From an uncultured Rheinheimera sp. (lineage in GTDB: Bacteria > Pseudomonadota > Gammaproteobacteria > Enterobacterales > Alteromonadaceae), in contig CBIMJC010000001.1 of NCBI GenBank assembly GCA_966244125.1, forward strand, positions 1-56,058: a stretch of 56,058 nucleotides of DNA, given 5' to 3'. Below are positions 49,007 through 56,058 of the stretch, piece by piece; within the stretch, counting starts at the first letter, position 1; each line of letters begins with the position of its first letter. Made by a program: the position numbers and the translations under genes. The notes under the pieces are model-generated. The model did not search any database. It had not been told where the DNA came from and saw nothing but the letters and a program-made list of their open reading frames with translations.

Positions 49007-49870
49007 ATGAAACTCTTTATTCTTGGTTTGGGCCATGTTGGAAAGGCTCTGGCGAAAAAGCTGAAAGCCGATGGTCATCAGGTGGTGGGCAGTACCACAA
49101 CAGAAAGCAAAGTGGCTGAACTGGAGTTACTGGTGGATACGGTAGTGGTGCTCAAAGGCGAAGAAAGCGCCAAAGTGGCGGCCGCTGCGGCGGGCTGCGA
49201 CGCCATTATTGTCACAGTGGCGCCTAATGTCCGCAACACCAGAACCAAAGAAGAGCGGGAGGTGCATTACGAGCAGGTGCTGGTGCGCAGCTGCCAGAGT
49301 GCAGCTTTGGCCTGCCCACGGGTGATCTTCTTATCGTCCTTTTCGGTGTATGGCGACGGTGGTGTGGGCACAGCAGCTATTGATGAGCTGACGCCAACCG
49401 CCAATCATCAGGAACCTTCCTCCAAATACTATCAACTGGCCGAACAGCAGGTGCTGAGCTCAGCAGCAGGCTGTGTGCTGCGTTTCCCTGATATGTACGG
49501 CGCGCCCGGCGATTTCAGCTTCCCACAGCGGGTGAAAATGGCCATTGATTATTTTGGTGGTAAAGCCATTTTCAGCGCTGATGCGCCTTTGTACGCCATC
49601 CATTTTGAAGATGTGGTGGACGCTGTGCATCACGTCATTCAGGCACAGCTTTGCGGCATTTATAACGTCTGCGACAACTCTCAGGTGCCTGCCACCAATA
49701 AAGAGGTGTTTGATGCTATCTGTGACCAAAACGACTGGCCACGTTTGCAGTTTCTCGACCAAATCAAAGCCCCGCTGCGCAAAATTTCTGCGGCAAAAAT
49801 TTACGCCACTGGCTATCAGGTGAAACACCCTGATCCAAACGCCCCTCTTGCCGCCAGCGCAACGGCCTGA
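49007..49870 (+). CDS. NAD(P)-binding extended/atypical SDR oxidoreductase
   Basis: ILGLGHVG Rossmann motif, FLSSFSVYG, AEQ.VL, G.YNV.D. Confidence 0.85.
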   Translation: MKLFILGLGHVGKALAKKLKADGHQVVGSTTTESKVAELELLVDTVVVLKGEESAKVAAAAAGCDAIIVTVAPNVRNTRTKEEREVHYEQVLVRSCQSAALACPRVIFLSSFSVYGDGGVGTAAIDELTPTANHQEPSSKYYQLAEQQVLSSAAGCVLRFPDMYGAPGDFSFPQRVKMAIDYFGGKAIFSADAPLYAIHFEDVVDAVHHVIQAQLCGIYNVCDNSQVPATNKEVFDAICDQNDWPRLQFLDQIKAPLRKISAAKIYATGYQVKHPDPNAPLAASATA

Positions 49871-49893
49871 AGCAGTCAAAAAGGAGAAGGCAG

Positions 49894-50718
49894 ATGACGC
49901 GAATAGTAATTACCGGCAGCACCAAAGGCATAGGCAAAGGTCTTGCCGCTGAATTTGCCCGTTTAGGCCACAAAGTGGTGATCAGCGGCCGGCGGCAGGA
50001 TGATGTGGATGCCACTTTATCTGAATTGGGCTACCCATCTGAGCAACTGACAGGGCTGGCTTGTGACAGCGTCGACAACACTCAGGTGGAAGCCTTATGG
50101 CAATTCGCCTCTGAGCAGTTTGGTGGTGTGGATATCTGGATCAATAACGCAGGTTTGGCCAGAACGGTCTGGCCCATTCTCGACACGCCGGACAACGAAA
50201 TCCAACAGATGGTGCAGACCAATATTATCGGCACTATCAACGGCTGCAAAGTGGCGGCCAGCGGTATGAAAAAAGCCGCCAGGCAAAGCCTTGGCCTGGT
50301 CAGAGAGCCGCAGAAAATTTTCAATATGCTGGGTGGGGGCAGTGACGGCGAATACTTCACAGGTATGGGCGTGTACGGCACCACCAAAAGAGCACTCGAC
50401 TACTTCACCAGCGCTTTGAGTAAAGAGCTGCAGGCCGACCATATTCTGGTTGGCAAAATCCGCCCCGGCATGATCATTACCGAAGGCGTGATCCGTGAAG
50501 CTCAGGCGGATATGGACAATTTTGAAAAGCGCCGCAAGTTCGCCAACTTATTGTGTGATCACGTCGAAACCGTAGCGCCTTATCTGGCGCGGGAAATTCT
50601 CGCCCTGAATAAAACCGGCCGCAAAATCCGCTGGCTGACTCCACTGAAAATGACTGGCCGCATGCTGTCCGGTCTGATCCGGCCTGCGCCGGATAAATTC
50701 AGCCGTTATGGCCTGTAA
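49894..50718 (+). CDS. SDR oxidoreductase, NOL/NYC1 (chlorophyll b reductase)-like, copy 1
   Basis: ITGSTKGIG, DIWINNAG, IFNM.G.GSDG, YGTTKR, PGM..TE, N.L...VETVA.YL. Confidence 0.8.
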   Translation: MTRIVITGSTKGIGKGLAAEFARLGHKVVISGRRQDDVDATLSELGYPSEQLTGLACDSVDNTQVEALWQFASEQFGGVDIWINNAGLARTVWPILDTPDNEIQQMVQTNIIGTINGCKVAASGMKKAARQSLGLVREPQKIFNMLGGGSDGEYFTGMGVYGTTKRALDYFTSALSKELQADHILVGKIRPGMIITEGVIREAQADMDNFEKRRKFANLLCDHVETVAPYLAREILALNKTGRKIRWLTPLKMTGRMLSGLIRPAPDKFSRYGL

Positions 50719-50753
50719 GGCCAAAACCAACCAAGAACCAACAGAGAATCAAC

Positions 50754-51578
50754 ATGTCAGTGACTAAAAATAAAGAAACCAAAACCCTTGATGAATTTTT
50801 GGCTGAAAACCCGAATGTGGATGTCAGCCGTTACTGGGAGCGCTGCTGGGGCATTCTGACTGCGCTGAAACAGAAGATCACCAGCAGGTTTCCACACCTC
50901 AATCAGCACCCTTCCACTTTTGATCGTGAGTACTACACCTCACCCAATGGTGAGTTTGAAGGTTCTTATGCCGCCTGGACAGGCAACGGTGTGGAGTGGC
51001 TGGTCAATTCCTGGATAGGTAACCGCAAAGCCAGCATTCTGGATATGAACACCACTGCCTTTTTGGGGCAGGAAACCGACGTTCCTCATCTGGTTATTGT
51101 GTTTGGCACTGTGCCTAAGTTGTTTTGTTATTGCGACTACACCCCGCGCAAGAACCTGCTGACCGACGTGGCTTATCTGGACAAGTACTACGGCCCGGAC
51201 GTGAACGACTGGTATATGAAGCTGCGCTCTCACCCGAATTTTCACTGGTCAGTCAGTCACGGCAGTTATATGCGCGCTCTGATCAACCCGGCCACGCAAA
51301 GCTTAATGGGGGAGTTAAACGACGAAAACATCAGCATTTTCGAAACCTATCTGCATGAAATGGTTGACCGCTGGCTGGGCTGGTTAGACAAGGCCACTCC
51401 AGTGCCGGAAGCCGAACGTGCTGAACTGCAACGCAATGACCACATTATCCGTGAAATGAGTTACCGCCGTGACCCGATGAACAAACTGGCGGCCAATGTG
51501 TTTGGTCAGGCGGAAGTGGAAAAGATGATTGAGCTGCGCATGGGCAAAGCGCAAATCGACGCCAACGCCAGCTATTAA
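50754..51578 (+). CDS. RCC-reductase / ferredoxin-dependent bilin reductase-like protein 2
   Basis: VEWLVNSWI, FL..ETDVPHL, DYTPRKNL..D..YL.KYY, S...YMRA..NP, ERAELQRND..IR, DP......FG. Confidence 0.78.
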   Translation: MSVTKNKETKTLDEFLAENPNVDVSRYWERCWGILTALKQKITSRFPHLNQHPSTFDREYYTSPNGEFEGSYAAWTGNGVEWLVNSWIGNRKASILDMNTTAFLGQETDVPHLVIVFGTVPKLFCYCDYTPRKNLLTDVAYLDKYYGPDVNDWYMKLRSHPNFHWSVSHGSYMRALINPATQSLMGELNDENISIFETYLHEMVDRWLGWLDKATPVPEAERAELQRNDHIIREMSYRRDPMNKLAANVFGQAEVEKMIELRMGKAQIDANASY

Positions 51579-51610
51579 CGGCTGATACAGGTGCAACAAG
51601 GAGGCGACAA

Positions 51611-52948
51611 ATGATGGAGCAGGTGCAATCGGCAGCCGCTAAAAAATTCTTTGGCGTCCAGCTGGTGGATGGTCTGAAGCGCCGTAACTGGCTGACGTAT
51701 TTGTTTGCGGTGCTGATTTCGTCAGGTTATGCCGGAGCTTTGTCGATACTGCAGCCCGGTCTGTTGCAGGTGATGGGTATTCCTTATGCCGAACAGGCCA
51801 AACTCACCGGGCTTTTGGGTGGGCTACAGGAACTGGTGTTTATCCTGATGATGGGGCTTTATGGGGTGCTGGCCGATCGGTTTGGCCGGCGGGCTATTTA
51901 TGTCTTTGGTCTGGCGACCACTGCATTGGGTTTTGCGCTTTATGGCAGTGCCAGCTCTGTAGAACAGTTGGTTGCCTACCGGCTGATAGTGGCTTTTGGC
52001 TCCGCCGCTATGGTCGGCATGATGGTGACAGTAGTAGCTGACTATTCAGCGGACTGCAGCCGCGGCAAAGCCAATGGCTTTCAGGGTGCTATTGCGACCC
52101 TGGGGGCTTTTATTCCGCCTGTACTGGCCGGTTTACCACAAAGTTTTGTTGCACAGGGGTATAGCGAAGCGGCTGCCCAGCAGGCCACTTTTGCTGTGGC
52201 CTCAGCTTTGGGCGTTATTGCTGCTGTGGTGGCGCTGCTCGGCTTGTCAAATCAGGTCGGTAAAGTGCTGAGCGCACAAAAAGAGCCCTTGCTGCGGTTG
52301 CTGCGTCAGGGCGCTGTGGCGGCGAAAAAACCTGCTATTGCCTTGTCTTATGGTGCTGCTTTTATCTCCCGTGGCGATCTGGCGGTCACCGGCGCTTTTA
52401 TGGGGCTCTGGCTGGTGCAACATGGCACAGGCTCCCTTGGTCTCTCAACCAGTGATGCCATGGCACAACTGGCAATGCCCGCCATTTTAATGGTGGTATC
52501 AGGCGCTCTGGTCGGTTCCATTCTGACAGGTTATCTGAGTGACAAAGTCAGCCGTATTACTGCAGTTGCCATAGCGTCCGGATTGGCCGGCACTGTGTAT
52601 GGCGCGATGTTTTTTGTCAGCGATCCGACAGCCTCCTGGGTATTCCCACTGCTTTTTGTCATGGGCATAGCCGAAATCAGTGCTTTTGTCTCCAGTCAGG
52701 CCTTAGTAGGTGAACAGGCGCCAGCTGAGCGTAAAGGTGCCGTCATAGGTTTGTTTGGTGTAGCAGGCGCTATCGGCATTCTGGTCGCGACCACGGGCGG
52801 TGGTTTCCTGTTTGCTCATTGGTCCCCTTCCAGCCCCTTTGTGCTGTTTGGGGTGCTTAATTTCATCGTGTTTATCTGGAGTCTGTTGCTACGCAGACGC
52901 AACTCCAACTCCTTAGCCAATTCATTATTAACAGAACAACGTATTTAA
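51611..52948 (+). CDS. MFS transporter (paralog of 34115-35419)
   Basis: GVLADRFGRR; shares IAL.YGAAF.SR..L...GAFM.LWL with 34115. Confidence 0.92.
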   Translation: MMEQVQSAAAKKFFGVQLVDGLKRRNWLTYLFAVLISSGYAGALSILQPGLLQVMGIPYAEQAKLTGLLGGLQELVFILMMGLYGVLADRFGRRAIYVFGLATTALGFALYGSASSVEQLVAYRLIVAFGSAAMVGMMVTVVADYSADCSRGKANGFQGAIATLGAFIPPVLAGLPQSFVAQGYSEAAAQQATFAVASALGVIAAVVALLGLSNQVGKVLSAQKEPLLRLLRQGAVAAKKPAIALSYGAAFISRGDLAVTGAFMGLWLVQHGTGSLGLSTSDAMAQLAMPAILMVVSGALVGSILTGYLSDKVSRITAVAIASGLAGTVYGAMFFVSDPTASWVFPLLFVMGIAEISAFVSSQALVGEQAPAERKGAVIGLFGVAGAIGILVATTGGGFLFAHWSPSSPFVLFGVLNFIVFIWSLLLRRRNSNSLANSLLTEQRI

Positions 52949-52965
52949 TCCGACAAGGTAAAACC

Positions 52966-53817
52966 ATGACACAAAGCCAAGTTGAAACTAAACCCATGAT
53001 GACCGAAGAGTTCGCACGCCATCTGGCCAGCGGACTGAAAATGGATACCAGCGCGATTTACACTGAAGTGTTAGCACTGCGGGATCGTATTTGGGACTAT
53101 ATCAGTTCAGAGCTGGCCTTTACCGAAGATTTGGGCTGCGAAGATATCCACGAGTTCACCGATTTAGCAGGTAATCCGCTGGGCAGAATGCGTAACTTTA
53201 CCGGTCAGGGCGATAATCCGGTGGATTGGGTGATCCATTCCAACATTGGTTTGCCGGAAAACACCTTTACCAACATTCACCTGACCTTCTGGATGAAAGA
53301 CAACACCGACATTCCGCATCTGGGTCTGGCCTTTGGCACCTTACCTGAAGCTTTTTATTATGCCGACCTGATGCCACGTTATGAGCTGGTTACGCACCCG
53401 AATTATGTGGAAAAATATTACGCCCCTGTTAATCAGCTGGCGCTGGATCACCAGAAAGCCTTATTTCAGGATGGGGTGAAACCTTTTCATGCCGCTATGC
53501 CTTTTATTCGGGCCAGCATCAGCCCTTGTGCTATTTGTGGTGTGGGACCGCTGGCGTTTTTTCAGCAGCATGCCCGGGAGCAGATCATGAGCATGGTGAA
53601 ATACTGGGTCGGATTAGTGAAGAAGGCGCAGCCCGATACCGATCCGGAAGCTTGTGCGCAAAGGCGTCTGCATGATTATCAGCAACGCAAGAATATAGTT
53701 TATCTGGACCCGGCTAACCCTATAGCGGAGCGTCTGGTGGGTAAAAAGGCGGCGGACCGACTGGTCAGGATACTGGCAGGTGAAGAACGTAATGGCGTAC
53801 CCTACGCTCAGATCTGA
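52966..53817 (+). CDS. RCC-reductase / ferredoxin-dependent bilin reductase-like protein 3
   Basis: VDWVIHSNI, FW...TDIPHL, DLMPRYELV..PNYVEKYY, FIRASISP.A, DP......G. Confidence 0.78.
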   Translation: MTQSQVETKPMMTEEFARHLASGLKMDTSAIYTEVLALRDRIWDYISSELAFTEDLGCEDIHEFTDLAGNPLGRMRNFTGQGDNPVDWVIHSNIGLPENTFTNIHLTFWMKDNTDIPHLGLAFGTLPEAFYYADLMPRYELVTHPNYVEKYYAPVNQLALDHQKALFQDGVKPFHAAMPFIRASISPCAICGVGPLAFFQQHAREQIMSMVKYWVGLVKKAQPDTDPEACAQRRLHDYQQRKNIVYLDPANPIAERLVGKKAADRLVRILAGEERNGVPYAQI

Positions 53818-53853
53818 ACCGCCCGGCCGGAGTTTGTACTGAAGGAGAACTGG

Positions 53854-54585
53854 ATGTTGAAAAAGATTGTGCCCGGCATTGCCGCTGTGCTGGTGCTGGC
53901 TGTGGCTGGCACCTTAGGCTGGATGAGCATTCCTTTTGCGTATCAGCAGGAAGAAACCGCAGCAGCGCTGGTGTCGACCGATCAGGTGCAGGTGACTCAG
54001 GGCGATTTTATCAGCTTTGCGCCAGCACACAGCACGCCAGACAAAGGCATAGTGTTTTATCCGGGCGGTAAAACCAAAGCTGAAACCTTTGCCCCTTTGC
54101 TGCGGCGTTTTGCTGAGCAGGGTTATCTGGCGGTGATAGTGCCTATGCCATTTAACACCGCCTTTTTGGGCATCAGCAAAGCGGATCAGGTGGTTGCCGC
54201 ATTTCCTGCAGTACAGCAGTGGGTGATAGCCGGGCATTCGTTAGGCGGCGTGGCGGCGTCTGAATATGTCAAAACTGCCGATCTGAACCGCTTTAAAGGC
54301 TTGTTATTGCTGGCTTCTTATCCGGCCAGCGATATCAGTCAGTTGGCTATTGCCGTCAAGTCGATTTCCGGCTCAAAAGACCTGCAATCCACCCCTGAAA
54401 AAATCAACGCCAACAAGCCGAAGTTGCCGGCCAACACCAGCTATGTGGTGATCGAAAACGCCAACCACTGGCAGTTTGGATCTTTTGCGGCACAAGATGA
54501 ACAGCAGCAGGGCTTGCTCAGTCCGTCAGAACAGGCGGAGCAGGTATTTGCCCAAAGCTTAGCCTTTTTACAGAGCCTGCCCTGA
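53854..54585 (+). CDS. Membrane-anchored/exported alpha/beta hydrolase (esterase-like)
   Basis: N-terminal TM, FYPGG, GHSLGG, GSKD, NANH.QFG (S-D-H triad). Confidence 0.88.
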   Translation: MLKKIVPGIAAVLVLAVAGTLGWMSIPFAYQQEETAAALVSTDQVQVTQGDFISFAPAHSTPDKGIVFYPGGKTKAETFAPLLRRFAEQGYLAVIVPMPFNTAFLGISKADQVVAAFPAVQQWVIAGHSLGGVAASEYVKTADLNRFKGLLLLASYPASDISQLAIAVKSISGSKDLQSTPEKINANKPKLPANTSYVVIENANHWQFGSFAAQDEQQQGLLSPSEQAEQVFAQSLAFLQSLP

Positions 54586-54618
54586 TGGCTGGCTCTGATG
54601 GCTTATCCCGGGTTCAGG

Positions 54619-55407
54619 CTAGCTGAATAAATCCCGCTTCTTAAAACCAGCCGTCATAAAGCGGACAAAGGCTTTGCCTCCTGTTAACCAGGCCACTTTG
54701 CTACCGGATTTATCGCTGGCGAGAATGCCGTTGACCAGCCATGGCGTCACGGTTTCTACGGTATCGCCGAGGATATTGAAGATCTTTTTTACTTTCAGCC
54801 ATTCGGCGGAAGAGGTGTCGTAATCACCCACTAATAAATCTGTCACCACTATGCCGGGGCTTAAGGTATTGACCTGCACAGCTGTGCCTTTGACTTCTTT
54901 TTGCAGTGATTTATTCAGGTAAGTGACGGCTCTTTTGGTGGCACCGTAAATCGTCATGCCGGGTTGAGTGGCATCATTGCTGCCAAAACCTTCCATATTC
55001 CAGAGCTGGCCATGGTTTTGTGCTTTCATGCCTTTTAACGCAACACTACTCGCCAGTGCCACACCCGTTAAATTAGTAGCAATAATGCTGTGGATGGCGG
55101 CGGGGTCCTGCTGTTCCAGTGGTTTGCGCGGCAGACTGATGCCGGCGTTGTTGATCCAGATATCTACAGCCGAGAAGGTGGCAACCGCATGGTCCCATAC
55201 CGCCTGTAGCTGGTCGTAGCTGCTGACATCACAAGCCAGTCCTGTTACCTGATCGGCACTGAACTGATGTGCAAACTGCGCCACCACTTCATCGACCTGT
55301 GGCTGAGAGCGGCCGGTAATCACCACCTTGCAGCCCTGTTTTAAAAAGTTTTCGGCCAGCCCTTTGCCTATGCCACGGGTACTGCCGGTGATAATCACTG
55401 TTTTCAT
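54619..55407 (-). CDS. SDR oxidoreductase, NOL/NYC1-like, copy 2
   Basis: ITGSTRGIG, CDV, DIWINNAG, NMEG.GS, YGATKR, KSLQ.E, LSPG.V.TDLL, FNIL. Confidence 0.82.
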   Translation of the reverse strand: MKTVIITGSTRGIGKGLAENFLKQGCKVVITGRSQPQVDEVVAQFAHQFSADQVTGLACDVSSYDQLQAVWDHAVATFSAVDIWINNAGISLPRKPLEQQDPAAIHSIIATNLTGVALASSVALKGMKAQNHGQLWNMEGFGSNDATQPGMTIYGATKRAVTYLNKSLQKEVKGTAVQVNTLSPGIVVTDLLVGDYDTSSAEWLKVKKIFNILGDTVETVTPWLVNGILASDKSGSKVAWLTGGKAFVRFMTAGFKKRDLFS

Positions 55408-55450
55408 GGTTTTTCCACCTGTTTCTTCGAGGATTTATTGATTCTTTAAT

Positions 55451-55468
55451 TGTTATAACTTTAATACA
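55451..55468. promoter_or_regulatory. Island operator palindrome, site 9 (TGTTATAACTTTAATACA)
   Basis: Divergent gap; same right half as site 8. Confidence 0.7.
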
Positions 55469-55510
55469 AATGTAAGCTGGTGAACAGAGTAAATAGCAGC
55501 AGGATCAGTG

Positions 55511-56058
55511 ATGACAGCGGTTTTTCCCATTGGCAGTGTTGGTCATACCTTAATGCAGCTCAGAGGCACCTGGCACGACAGTGTTGAGTTATTTCATTTG
55601 GATGGCAGCCCACTAGTTGACGATACCCTGGCCGGCAGTGGCACCCCGGGCCAGTCGCCTTTTGACAATCTGGTGTATATAGATTTTGACGGGGTAAATT
55701 TTAAAATCACCAATGTGCATTTTCGTGGCCGGCCGGCTCTGGCTAAAACCTTTACCGGTCAGTTAAAAGACGGGGTGCTGGTGTTTGACGCTATGGGTCC
55801 CGGCAGTTACGAAAATGTCGGCATGTCCGGCGGCCCCGGCATACTGACCTTCAGCGCAAGGCAGTTAAACCAGGCCACAGATGTGTATATCGAACCCGAC
55901 TTTATTATAGTGACAGCGCCAGGCCACAGAACAAGACACACAGTGCTCTACCGCAACGGCCAGGCCACCCGCACTTTAACGGCCAAAGGCGTTCGCTTAT
56001 CACCTTGTTGTCAGCAGCGGCACCCGCTCGATCCACGAGGCCCGGATGGTGAAGTGCA
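55511..56058 (+). CDS. Hypothetical protein, partial; probable calycin-like beta-barrel
   Basis: Not in the ORF track. ATG after AGGA; MTAVFPIGSVGHTLMQLRGTWHDSVELFHLDG... open to the window end; G-x-W start motif. Confidence 0.6.
   Translation, partial: MTAVFPIGSVGHTLMQLRGTWHDSVELFHLDGSPLVDDTLAGSGTPGQSPFDNLVYIDFDGVNFKITNVHFRGRPALAKTFTGQLKDGVLVFDAMGPGSYENVGMSGGPGILTFSARQLNQATDVYIEPDFIIVTAPGHRTRHTVLYRNGQATRTLTAKGVRLSPCCQQRHPLDPRGPDGEV

Noticed and set aside
30756-53817. Phycobilin biosynthesis (pcyA/pebAB) or phytochrome chromophore locus
   Set aside because: No heme oxygenase, phycobiliprotein or phytochrome gene in the window, and the context is catabolic.

Overview
Gammaproteobacterial-looking DNA (the taxonomic impression is inference). 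After a partial Ig-like lipoprotein and two tandem DUF1840 genes, 2873 to beyond the window end is one large catabolic island of about 45 genes. Nearly every transcription unit carries the same 18-bp palindrome, TG(A/T)TATA-N4-TATA(T/A)CA (9 sites), probably read by the GntR/HutC regulator at 36020-36793. The island encodes three red-chlorophyll-catabolite-reductase / ferredoxin-dependent bilin reductase-like proteins, two NOL/NYC1 (chlorophyll b reductase)-like SDRs, two calycin-like beta-barrels, a TonB-dependent receptor and flavin oxygenases. It also carries a duplicated lower pathway: 2 ALDH, 2 PuuE-like CE4 hydrolases, 2 isochorismatase-family amidases, 2 maleate-isomerase-like proteins, 2 LeuCD, 2 CoA-transferases, 2 HMG-CoA-lyase-like enzymes and one ICL/PEP-mutase lyase. 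Best hypothesis (inference, from family recognition by eye without database searches): a heterotrophic pathway for uptake and complete catabolism of linear tetrapyrroles (bilins or chlorophyll catabolites) via substituted maleimides and maleates, with one branch per pyrrole ring type. The island is interrupted at about 19.4-23.7 kb by a foreign segment (degenerate transglycosylase-like gene, TPR fragment, attC-like remnant, hipBA with three operators). An ERIC element sits at 4151-4278.
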